A stretch of 64,000 bases of DNA from Histomonas meleagridis 2922-C6/04-290x (lineage: Eukaryota > Protista > Parabasalia). The position numbers and the translations under genes were made by a program. Shown here piece by piece: positions 46,869 to 57,500 of the stretch. Within the stretch, counting starts at the first letter, position 1; the number at the start of each line of letters is the position of its first letter. The stretch spans positions 195,452 to 259,451 of the forward strand of contig JAANOX010000248.1 of the NCBI GenBank assembly GCA_020184695.1. Direction: 5' to 3'. Below the pieces are notes generated by a model. That model did not search any database and was not told the origin of the DNA. It worked only from the letters and a program-made list of their open reading frames with translations.

Positions 46869-48194
46869 TTAATGAATATGAAAATGTTGTCTAAATTCAT
46901 ATGAATTCTCTAATACAAATGAATTCGATTTTGTAAATGCATTGGATGAAGTAAATGGAAATGATTTCATAAACGTATTTGAATTAATCAAAGCATTTGA
47001 TTTAGAAAATGTATTAGAATTTGTAAAAGTATTTGATTTAGAGAATGTATTAGATTTTGTAAAAGTATTTGATTTAGAGAATGTATTAGATTTTGTAAAA
47101 GTATTTGATTTAGAGAATGTATTAGAATTAGTAAAAGAATTTGATTTAGAGAATGTATTAGAATTAGTAAAAGAATTTGATTCAGGAAATGTATTTGATT
47201 TTGTAAAAATGTTCGATTTAGAAAATGTATTTGAATTCGTATATGCTGTAGAACATCCTGATACAGTTCCAAAGGTAATACTAAATATTTTAAATGCGTT
47301 ACTTAGATATGTTTTTAACACCATAATTTCAATTTTATCTGTAACTATATAAAAAGCAATATCACTAATTGTAGGTTCTGTTTCCCCATAAAAGTAAACA
47401 CATTTAAGTTCATTGCACCAATTAAATGCGTAATCATTAATTATTTTTACATTTTCTCCAATGCAAACAGTAGACAAAGAAATACAATATGAAAATAATC
47501 CATATGAAATAATTGATATTTTATTGGAAATTGTAAATGCTTTTAGATTAGTACAAAGACAAAATGTAAAATTACCAAAATCTATAATATTTTTACAATT
47601 AATAATTTCTTCTAAATTACCAGAAGAATAAAATGAAGATTCTCTAGTAGCAGTAACTGTTGATGGAATTTCATATGTTATACTTTCTTTACATGCTGGA
47701 TAAAAGTAGATGGTTTGAATAGTTTTATCATAAAGAACTCCATCATCATTCAAATTACAAAAATATGGATTATTCTCAGATATCTTAAAAAACTTAATTT
47801 TCTCACATAGTATAATAACACATTCACCAAATGAAATTACTGAATCAGGAAATGTTATGTTCTGCAAGAAATTACTATTTTGAAATGAACGATCTCCAAA
47901 TATTTGAACACTTTTTCCAATAACAATTGATTCTAAATTATAACAAGATGAAAATGCATAAGATTCAATTGTCGTAACAGAATCACCAATGATAGCTGAA
48001 AGCAAAGAACTCCATTCCGAAAAAGTACTTGATGGAATTGTATCAACATTTTCATCTATAATAACAGCTGTAGAGTATTGCGATATTTCATCAAATTCAT
48101 TAGAATTAGTAATTGTAAGTGTATCATCAGAAAATGTTTCTCTTGAAGGTATACAAAACATAATAAATATTAAAGGAAGGAATTTATTTTTCAT
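46869..48194 (-). CDS. BspA-like LRR surface protein with SNTF stalk
   Basis: Signal peptide MKNKFLPLIFIMFC, TpLRR repeats (IGDSVTTIESYAFSSCYNL), then stalk repeats. Confidence 0.85.
   Translation of the reverse strand: MKNKFLPLIFIMFCIPSRETFSDDTLTITNSNEFDEISQYSTAVIIDENVDTIPSSTFSEWSSLLSAIIGDSVTTIESYAFSSCYNLESIVIGKSVQIFGDRSFQNSNFLQNITFPDSVISFGECVIILCEKIKFFKISENNPYFCNLNDDGVLYDKTIQTIYFYPACKESITYEIPSTVTATRESSFYSSGNLEEIINCKNIIDFGNFTFCLCTNLKAFTISNKISIISYGLFSYCISLSTVCIGENVKIINDYAFNWCNELKCVYFYGETEPTISDIAFYIVTDKIEIMVLKTYLSNAFKIFSITFGTVSGCSTAYTNSNTFSKSNIFTKSNTFPESNSFTNSNTFSKSNSFTNSNTFSKSNTFTKSNTFSKSNTFTKSNTFSKSNTFTNSNTFSKSNALINSNTFMKSFPFTSSNAFTKSNSFVLENSYEFRQHFHIH
46935..47245 (-). repeat. 18-bp minisatellite encoding (S/T)KSNTF / TNSNTF hexapeptides
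   Basis: Plus strand GTATTTGATTTAGAGAAT / GTATTAGATTTTGTAAAA alternating. Confidence 0.9.
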
Positions 48195-49041
48195 TTTCCT
48201 GATCCTATTATTATTTCATTGAATAAATTTGATGAAAAAGAATTCGTTTTCGTGATAAATAATATAGATACAAAAAAGTAAAATAAAATTTTAAATGAAA
48301 TATTAAATAGATTCAATTCTCTTTTATACAACACAAAATAAGTGGGATTTAAAAAATGAAATAATGAACAACATATCTTTTTTCGATTTATGATGGAAAA
48401 ATTTTTTTGTGTTAAAGAGAGATCATAAGAATTTATGTGTAAATCGACAAGAGAGAATTGAACCTTTGAAGCATTAAAATATACATATACACAAAATTCT
48501 GGGGAGGGATATTCATAAATTAATTCATTTTCTTCATAATGATCAAAACATAGCGAAATCGAATGATTCATATCTAAGATACGACAGTTTGCGCATGTTT
48601 TAAGTAGTATTAAGATAAAATATTGAAAAATAATCATGTTACATGATTCAAGAAGGTTGTAACCGCTGTATTTGAATTATTTACACGGAGAAATGTTGTC
48701 AAATTATTTTCAAATAAACCGTTCCTATCAAAGCCGATTTCAATGTAATACCCCACAAAAAGCCGATATTTCACATCATATGACGTTAAGCGAAATTTAT
48801 CGTATTATTTTTTTGAAATTCTTCATGATGAACCACAATTAATCTGTTTGTGGCTTTGGGTTTTACTCAAAATTAAATGTTGATATTGATGATTCATCAT
48901 TTCTTCTTTCCATGAAATTTATTTTGACTTAAGCAAAAATCTGATTTCGTTAAATTTTCAGACGGAAGTTGCGCTACTTCATAAGATTCGAATTATCACA
49001 AATTTAATCGTATAGAAAATTTATTTATTAAATAAAAAATC

Positions 49042-50580
49042 CTAAAGCTCATCATTTGTCTTTGATGTGATCATTTTCCTTAAGTTTTCGAGAACTTCGT
49101 TCATTGTTTTTGCTTCTTCAGGTTTCATTTTCGGAATGAATTTCTTTGTTTCTTCTTCAATTTCATGGAATTCCTCATCCGAAGGCAAAGTTGCGCCGAG
49201 TTCATGTTGATATGTTCCGTACACCTCCAAACTCAAAAGGACATCTTCGCTAGAATCCCCTAACACAGGGATAACCGCACTACTATTTGCAGGATACAAA
49301 TATGCAAATGGTAATTTTGGTAATGAAGGAAATCCACCTTCAACAAAATTTAATTCGGGGATAATCATGCCGAATTTAATGTGTTCTGTTTTGTTTTCCG
49401 ATTTCAAATTGTCGGCGGTTTTGTAAACCTTTGAAAAGTATTCCTTTGATTTTGTTGATAAACTAACAAAGAATAATACAGTGTCCTTCTCAGTATCATC
49501 AATGAAGTCATGGTAAGTTAATCCGACCACTTTTTTAATTGGTCGATTGAAATTTTGATAAGATGAAAATCGTTCACTTCGATAAGTTTTCTTCAGCTCT
49601 GAATTACGGATCTTGTTTAGAATTTGTGTGAGACTTTCATTAAGTAATGTGTCATTGAAATCATTGCGAATTAATTCCTTGTCAAGAATTTCTGAATAAT
49701 CGTATCGGTAACCGTTTTTGTAATTCAAAATTTCTAAGTAATAAGAAGTTGTGTCATAATAATCGCTGGTGAATTCCTTGATGATGTCTCTGTCCGAACT
49801 TCTGACGTAGATGAACGAGAAATCGGGATACTTTTTGCCGAATTCATATAGAAAATCATATTGATGTTGATTAAATGATGGGGTGATTAAAATAACTGAC
49901 GTCTTGTCGTTGCGCATAAGAACTGACTTGTCGACTCTGGAGACATATGGATATGAGAATTGCTTTAATCCTTCCATTGTGCAATTGAAGGATTTGAGCG
50001 TTTTGTCTGTTTTACGATAAATGATGCAATTGTTGGGCTTGAGGTCAATACTTTCAGCAAGAGAATCACTTAAGTTAATGACATTGATCGATCCGATTTC
50101 ATGTCCAATATCCTTAGCAAGATGAACAAGATGGTCCGTGAGGTTTGCCCTACTGCCTATGGTGATTGGAGCTCCTCCAAGAGCAGCTACAAATTCAAAT
50201 TGCTCATTCAAAATTGGACGTTTTCCTTTTAAGAATAAATCAATTGTGTAAAGCATAGACATCTCATTAGAAACTGGGTCTGACATACCAATAAGTTCAC
50301 CATCTTTGAAAAATGCGAGACATGGAGTTTCAATTTTCTGATTTAGGTATTCTTCCATTATTTCATCAACTGCAGTGTAAAAACTTGCTTCTGGGAAGAG
50401 TGGTTGAGCCGCTAAAAATTCTTTTGCTAATTCATATGATGGTTTTGGAATTAAAACAACAACATTTGAATGCTCTTTAATATACTTTCCTATTGGTGAC
50501 TTATAAGGTAATGGTGAAAATCGTGTTTTTTTAAATGGAACGTATATAGATAGTGCACAAACCACAAATGCACCAAACAT
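49042..50580 (-). CDS. ER-resident PDI-like multi-thioredoxin protein (no CxxC seen)
   Basis: Signal peptide MFGAFVVCALS, VKKVVG.TY.DFI.D.EKD.VLFF a'-like domain, C-terminal NDEL. Confidence 0.75.
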   Translation of the reverse strand: MFGAFVVCALSIYVPFKKTRFSPLPYKSPIGKYIKEHSNVVVLIPKPSYELAKEFLAAQPLFPEASFYTAVDEIMEEYLNQKIETPCLAFFKDGELIGMSDPVSNEMSMLYTIDLFLKGKRPILNEQFEFVAALGGAPITIGSRANLTDHLVHLAKDIGHEIGSINVINLSDSLAESIDLKPNNCIIYRKTDKTLKSFNCTMEGLKQFSYPYVSRVDKSVLMRNDKTSVILITPSFNQHQYDFLYEFGKKYPDFSFIYVRSSDRDIIKEFTSDYYDTTSYYLEILNYKNGYRYDYSEILDKELIRNDFNDTLLNESLTQILNKIRNSELKKTYRSERFSSYQNFNRPIKKVVGLTYHDFIDDTEKDTVLFFVSLSTKSKEYFSKVYKTADNLKSENKTEHIKFGMIIPELNFVEGGFPSLPKLPFAYLYPANSSAVIPVLGDSSEDVLLSLEVYGTYQHELGATLPSDEEFHEIEEETKKFIPKMKPEEAKTMNEVLENLRKMITSKTNDEL

Positions 50581-50666
50581 ATCTAAAGGGTAAAATTACC
50601 GTTTTACACGGGGTACCCCATTCTACATCCACAGGTTGTGCGTAATTGGCAATTTGAAGACTCCTC

Positions 50667-51215
50667 TAACTTGAGTTGTATGTTTCACCTGATCTATGTG
50701 AAATCATAATGTTTAAGCCTGCGTCAAGGATGAGTTGCAACTTCCATAGCTTCGGAGATTGTAAAACGATTTGGTTAACCTTAAGTAATAAAGTGTTGCA
50801 CCACTTTCCTTCAATAACCTTACGGGTTGCCTTTGAATTTGTTGTGTAAAGGTCATCACCGATGAGTTGAACCTTGCTTCCGAGTGTAACCTGGAATAAA
50901 GTTAGGTCTTTTCATCATAGAATTCGGATGCAGCAGCACCAAGACCAATGCGGATATCCTTTCCTAGCCACCGGTGGTCTTGATAGCGCGTTCGATGAAT
51001 GTGATAGCTTCTTCTGGTGTTTCAAGACATGGCGAGAAACCTCCCTCATCACCAAGCTTTGCAGAGACGCCCTTTTCATTAACAAGGATGGCATTTTGTT
51101 TTGTATACAAAGTTGGTCTGGGTATGAAATTCCTGCGGCTGGTGAGGCCATGAATTTTTGTAACTTGAGATTGCCACCGGCATGCTTACCACCTTAATGG
51201 ATGCTTACCACCATT
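50667..51215 (-). pseudogene. ENO: Enolase pseudogene (internally deleted, frameshifted fragment)
   Basis: Minus strand encodes GGKHAGGNLKLQKFM, LGDEGGFSPCLETPEEAITFIERAI, EFYDE, VQLIGDDLYTTN, LLLKVNQI and ISHRSGET, broken by stops and frameshifts. Confidence 0.9.
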
Positions 51216-51384
51216 AAGTATGTTGAAGATTTAAAAAAATGCACGAACATTAAGTTATACAATCAATGATTTTTTTTAAAAGCAGATAACAAATTTCACA
51301 TTTTGAATATTCTTTCAAATCAAGATTTAATTTATGTTAAATCATTCAAATACTTAAAAAGATGTACATTAAAACTATTTACAA

Positions 51385-52533
51385 TTATTCAAGTATAACT
51401 GTGTCTTCAAACCGTATTCCAACATTTCGTAGTTCTTTAGGACAATCAGCGAAACGAGGATTAAAGTATAAGCCTGGCTCAACGGAGAACGCCATTCCCT
51501 TTTCCAGCTTCCGATCAAAGTTTATTGATCTTGCATCATGTACATCTAATCCAACCCAATGCGATGTATGATGCAAAAAGTAATATGAAAGAGAATTCAT
51601 ATCCATTTTCAAACCGATTTCATTAAGTCCAGATAACAATTTCCCTTTAGCTATCTCCTTTAGTTGGTTTAGTGTTTCTACTTCTCCATTTTTTACAATT
51701 TTCACTAAGTCATTTTTCACTGATTCAACACATTTGATTGTATCGGAGTGAATTTCACTAACTTTCCCGATACAAACGGTTCTTGTGAAATCTGATGCGT
51801 AATGATCAACTTCAGCACCACCATCGAGTAATAATGATTGACCTTCTGTGATTGTATCATTGCTGTTAATAGAATGGAGATAAGTGGCGTTCTTCCCAAA
51901 AAGAGCTAAAGTCGGATATGCTGTTCCTGAAGCTCCTCTTTCAATTACTGCGTTCTCAAAACGAGCAACAACCATTTTCTCAGTATCACCTGGCTTTATG
52001 GTTTGAATAACATGAGGAAATGAATCAATAGTTATTTGAGACGCTTTTTTCATTAAATTAATTTCATACTTTGACTTAATGACTCGAAGAGAATCTACGT
52101 ACGGTGATAGGGATTTAAACATTGAGCCGATGTGAAAAAGGCGATCTGATTTAGGATAAGAACAATAAACATTTTCATGATTAAGATTGTGTTTGGAAGC
52201 CCAGCTGCTTAATTCATCTGAAAAAAATATGCTGTCAACACCTGAAGTAGACTTTACTTCTTCAAGTGATAATGTTGGACCATAAAACATCGTTTCGGAA
52301 TTTTCTTTTGATAAGAATAAAGCTGACTTAGCTTTGCCACCTTCGTTATAAATTGCAAGCGCTCCACCTGGACGTTTTTGCCCAGTCAAGTAAAAATAAT
52401 CTGAATGTTGATCAAAAGGAATTGGGATTGATGGAATTAAATGAAGAACTTCACGTCCAAAAATTAGTGCCATTGAACCTTTTGGGAGTAGTTCATATAA
52501 CTTATTTCTCCTTGCCACTAATTCTTTCTTCAT
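51385..52533 (-). CDS. Xaa-Pro aminopeptidase (aminopeptidase P, M24B)
   Basis: F.Q.SDYFYLTG, LR.IKS..EI.LM, LLDGG....YASDFTRT, HHTSHWVGLDVHD, SVEPGLY, GIRFED: metal ligands intact. Confidence 0.9.
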   Translation of the reverse strand: MKKELVARRNKLYELLPKGSMALIFGREVLHLIPSIPIPFDQHSDYFYLTGQKRPGGALAIYNEGGKAKSALFLSKENSETMFYGPTLSLEEVKSTSGVDSIFFSDELSSWASKHNLNHENVYCSYPKSDRLFHIGSMFKSLSPYVDSLRVIKSKYEINLMKKASQITIDSFPHVIQTIKPGDTEKMVVARFENAVIERGASGTAYPTLALFGKNATYLHSINSNDTITEGQSLLLDGGAEVDHYASDFTRTVCIGKVSEIHSDTIKCVESVKNDLVKIVKNGEVETLNQLKEIAKGKLLSGLNEIGLKMDMNSLSYYFLHHTSHWVGLDVHDARSINFDRKLEKGMAFSVEPGLYFNPRFADCPKELRNVGIRFEDTVILE

Positions 52534-52596
52534 TTTGTTTACAGTTATATTCAAGTTTGAATAGTTTACATAAAACCCCCAAAAAAAACAAAAAAA

Positions 52597-52941
52597 ATGG
52601 GGAATTGCTGTTCATCAGGAGATAAATATGATGAAATTCCCACAATATCAAGAAGCGATATTTACCCACCAACTGCAAATGCTCCTTTAAGAATTTCTCC
52701 AGATGATTTTGAAACACTTGTTAGTCGTTTAAAAACAGCAAATTCTGATCAAGAAAGAATTTCAATTATTAGAGCAATGACCCACTACAAATATTCGCTT
52801 GATGATATAAATAGCATGTTAGCAACAATTTCAAAAAATCAAGAAAAAATTAAAGCAGTGAGAATTCTGAAGAAATGTGTTATGGAAGGAGAGCCAAATA
52901 ATGGACGACTTCTAAAGCAACTCCAAGAATCTTATACTTAA
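52597..52941 (+). CDS. Small N-myristoylated/palmitoylated protein (possible DUF4476-like domain)
   Basis: MGNCCSS dual-acylation motif; helical F..LV..LK...SD.ER..II pattern. Confidence 0.55.
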   Translation: MGNCCSSGDKYDEIPTISRSDIYPPTANAPLRISPDDFETLVSRLKTANSDQERISIIRAMTHYKYSLDDINSMLATISKNQEKIKAVRILKKCVMEGEPNNGRLLKQLQESYT

Positions 52942-53199
52942 TCAACTTTAACAAAGATTAAGATTAAGATCTTTTCACAATGAACCACTTGTCGTTGTTC
53001 ATTTTTGGCCTGTACCGGTAATATCATGTGTGGTTCAACAGATGAAACAAAATATAGATTTTAATTTTGATCATCGATTATCACCATTTTTAATTTTTTT
53101 TGAAACACATGTTTTATGTTTGACTCAAAATTAAACATCTGGTTTTAATCAATGAGCAAACAATCAATGATTATTAAAAGATAATCCTTTTTTTAATTT

Positions 53200-53518
53200 G
53201 AAATTTTTTAAATGCCTTTGAGAGAAATTTTTTGAGATTTAAATAATGACTTCATAAATTCAATTTCTAATGTTAATAATTTGAAGAACTTTCAAAGGCA
53301 ATTAATTAAAGAATGAGTTAATCCATCTGAGATTGCAAAAATAATTCGAAATGTTGAAATAGAAAAACTTCAAGAAAAATCAACGCATAAAAATTTTGAT
53401 CTTATTCAAACAATTGAACCATCACTTAATAAAAGAAGATCATTTATTAATGATTATAATCATTATAATGTTAAAGATATTTATTTGTTTTATTTGATAC
53501 TTATTTCAAAATTTTAAG
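53200..53518 (+). pseudogene. DUF3447-ankyrin family remnant
   Basis: KE*VNPSEIAKIIRNVEIEKLQEKSTHKNFDLIQTIEPSL...FIND joined directly to NVKD-IYLFYLIL* (start of a spacer). Confidence 0.75.
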
Positions 53519-53702
53519 GATCGCGTCCGATTGTAAAATACTTCCTGTACTTTTACAAAAAAATTTTTTTTGCTATTTTCAACAAACTCACAAAGATGGT
53601 TATTAGTTATTTTTTGCGGCCGAACCCCTCCAAGTTCCACATAAGGTCCAAAAAGGAAAAAGTGCCGATCCAAAAAGTTCAAAGAGGCCGTTAATAGATC
53701 GA

Positions 53703-54365
53703 ATGCTCGAAAACAAGGAAGGATGGATACAAATCAAGAGAGGTGCCGAGGCCTCAATCTGGAAAATGACGCTATTTGGTAAGGACTGTGTTGCCAAAGT
53801 TGCAGAGCCAAAACTATGGCGTGTAAAAGAACTTGATGAAAGATTAAGATCAGAACGTATTCAAAATGAAGCCAGAACCAACCTTAAATGTATGAGACTT
53901 GGTATTCCAGTTGCACCAATCTTATATGTTGATAGAGCTACAACAACTCTTGTACTTGAAGAACTTAATGGCGGAACAGTCAAACAACTCCTTTTTGATC
54001 ATGCAACAGATACAGAAGAAGACCCTAATGTAATCCAAGCGATGGTAGAAATGGGTCAAATTATTGCCAAATTACATGAAAATAATATAATCCATTCTGA
54101 CTTAACCACATCTAATTTTATGCTTCATGATGGTAGGGTTCGTGTTATTGACTTTGGCCTTTCCTTTATTTCCACTATGTTCGAAGATATGGCAGTTGAT
54201 CTTTATGTTCTCGAAAGGGCTTTCACATCGTCACATCCTGGAAAGCAGCACCTCGTAGACATAATACTAGATGCATATTGTCAATCGACAGGAAAATCAC
54301 AAATGGTAATGAAAAGATTAAAGAAAGTTCGTTCAAGAGGAAGGAAACGCTCAATGGTTGGATGA
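53703..54365 (+). CDS. BUD32: KEOPS kinase Bud32/TP53RK
   Basis: RGAEA, K....K.WR...LDERLR..R...EAR, IIHSDLTTSNFM, IDFGL, VDLYVLERAF.S.H, RGRKRSMVG. Confidence 0.93.
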   Translation: MLENKEGWIQIKRGAEASIWKMTLFGKDCVAKVAEPKLWRVKELDERLRSERIQNEARTNLKCMRLGIPVAPILYVDRATTTLVLEELNGGTVKQLLFDHATDTEEDPNVIQAMVEMGQIIAKLHENNIIHSDLTTSNFMLHDGRVRVIDFGLSFISTMFEDMAVDLYVLERAFTSSHPGKQHLVDIILDAYCQSTGKSQMVMKRLKKVRSRGRKRSMVG

Positions 54366-54596
54366 AAAATCAAAAAGTAAATGCTGATTATTGTTTATTT
54401 CATGGCTTTAAATCAGATTTCTCCTAAACTAATTTTCTAATTCTCTCCTCTGAACAAAGAGCTTCCCTAAGTTTTAGATCCATGCATAGAATAAATTTGC
54501 TTCTTTGGACTTTTTAGCTTTTGTTCTGATTTGCGCTTGAAATCAGTCACTTTTTTGTAAAGATTAACAACATTTTTAATTTCTTCTTTGATAATA

Positions 54597-57500
54597 GTGG
54601 AAAAAAAATATATCCAATATCTCAAAAACATACAATCCATAATTTGGAAAATAAATGTAGAAAATATATTTGAATTATTTGAGTCAACAAAAGAATTAAT
54701 TGACACAAATTTTCCTAATTCTTTTATGTTAACCTTAAGCCAAATTGTATTTTCGTCTTTTATTTCCCAAAGAAAAGACATTGATGTATATATTCAATTT
54801 ATTCGCATATTTTCCACCAAATTTTCTAATAAGATAATTGATATTTTTTCAAATTTTCTTGTTTATTTAAACTCCCAAGAATCATATTATATTTTAGCAA
54901 AATTAATTGAACAAAATTTTATCAGTCCTGATGTTGTAAGGAATATAAAATCCTTTTATTTTGTACAGTATAAAACAAATGATGAATTTAGCGTTTTTGA
55001 AAATTATTATACTTTTTTTATTAATAATATTACAGGAATATTTATAAATGAATTTTATGATAATTATGATGAAATTTCAATGAATGATTGGGAGCTTCAT
55101 AAGAAATTAGTTAAAGAAGGAGTTAACCCAAATGAAATTGCACAAATTATTCGAAATGATGATATAGAAAAACTTCAAGAAATATCATCTCAAAATGATT
55201 TTGATTTTAATCAAATAATCACGCCATCACTTTATGAAAGATATTCACTTATTAATGATGAAAATGTTTCATTAATTGATTATGCAGCATTTTTTTCTTC
55301 AGTTAAATGTTTTAAATATTTGCTTATGAATGGTGCAAATGTTTATCATTCAGGTAAATATGCAATTGCAAGTGGGAATCTTGAAATCATTCATTTGTGC
55401 GAACAAAACCAATCAGAATTTGAGAATGTGTATGAAATAGCAATTGAATTTCATAGGAATGATATTTTTTATTATTTTTATGAAAAGAAAAAAATTAAGG
55501 ATAAAGAGTTAATTGAATTAGGAAGGAAATGTATATTATATAATAACTATGAAATCCTTTCTTTTTTGGAAGGAAAAGGATTAAAATTAAATGAATTGAT
55601 TAATGAAGCAGCAGAAAATGGAAATGTTTTTCTTTTTTTGTATGTTTCTAAAGGAAATCAAATTCCAAATGATGTTTTAATATCGTCTATAAAATCAGGT
55701 AATATTGAAATAGTTAAGTTACTTCTTGAACAAAAAAGATTTAATGTTAATATTAGAAATGTATATTTTTCTTTAATAAAATTTTTTTCTATGATTTAAT
55801 GCTTTAAAAAATATGTTAAAATTTATAACATTGGTTTGATACGCCTTTTATTATTTCATGTAATGAAGGATATTTAGATATCATTAAATTACTTCTTACT
55901 CAGAAAGGCATTAAAATAAGTGAAAAAAATATTTTATTTTTGAAAATAAAATTTGTTTTTATTATTTGCAATTTTAAATATATATTTGGAATATATTTAA
56001 TCAATTATATTCAGCATTTTTATTAGCAGCAAAAAATGGTCATATTGAAGTTGTTAAATTACTTCTTGAATACAAAAGTATTAATATCAATTCTACAAAC
56101 ATTCGTATAATTTATTGAATATTCCTTTTTATTATTTGGAACTTATATATATATAATTTGGTGTTTATTATCATTGTTTTGGACAGCACTTATGAATGCT
56201 TCTTATAATGGGCATAAAGAAATTGTTAAAATGCTTCTTGAGAAGAAAAGAATTAATGTTAATTCCACTAGCTTTTCTTTCAAAAATATAAAATCCATTT
56301 AAATTTTTCAAAATTTGTTTAGAAACATTGGAATTTTTTTGAGTGATTTTTGACTGCATTAATGGCAGCAGCTAAATGTGGTTGTTTTGAAACCACAAAA
56401 TTGCTTCTTGATTATAAAGGAATTAATGTTGATACTAAAGATTTTTATATTATTTATATTGTGATTAATTTAATAATTTGAAATTTTAAAATTATATTTG
56501 GAATCCATTAAAATTATTTAAAACAGCATTAATGTATGCAACTTATAGTAGTGATAAAAAAATAGTTAAATTGTTTCTTGAACATAAAGGAATTGATATT
56601 AACGCTAAAAATATTTATTTATTTTAACCAAAATTTATATCAAACATTTGATATTTTAAAATAATATGTGGGAATTATTCAAATTATTTAAAACAGCTCT
56701 TATAATAGCATCTTTTAATATTTACCCAAAAATAGTTAAAATGTTGCTAAAACAAAAAGGAATTGATATTAATGCTAAAGATATTTACATATTTTATTTA
56801 ATATTCATTTTAGTGATTCCATGTTTCAAAAAGATATTTGGAAATCACTTAAATAATTTGATACAGCACTAATTTATGTATCTAAAAATGGTTACATAGA
56901 AATTATCGTTTTACTTCTGGAACATGAAAGAATTGATGTCAATTGTCAAAATATTGATTTTAGCTTATTTAATGTTTATTTTAATGTTTCGATATTTCAA
57001 TATAATTTTTGGAATTCACATAAATTATTCGATACAGCACTTATTTCTGCAATCTTAAATGATCAGATAGAAAGCGTTAACCTACTTCTTGAGAAAAAAG
57101 GAATTGATCTCAATGTGAAAAATGTTTTTTTATTCAATGGAATAATTAATTTATTAAAATAAAAATCCAAAATAATATTTGGAAATTATTTAAACTATTC
57201 CAAACAGCACTTATGAAAGCATCTGAATATGATCATACAGAAATAGTTAAACTGCTTCTTGAACAAGAAGGAATTGATGTTAATGCTAAAGACATATAAA
57301 TGAATAATTTGAAATTTGTTTTAATAATTTCATGTACCAACATTATAATCGGAATTGATATAAAATATTTGAAACAGCATTTATGAAAGCATCTAAAAAT
57401 GGTCATACAGAAATAATTGAATCACTTCTTGAACATAAAGGAATTGATATTAACGCTAAAAATATTTATTTATTTTAACCAAAATTTATATCAAACATTT

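Noticed and set aside
48191-48637. 148-aa minus-strand ORF
   Set aside because: AT-rich, no recognisable motif, abuts the BspA start; probably spurious.
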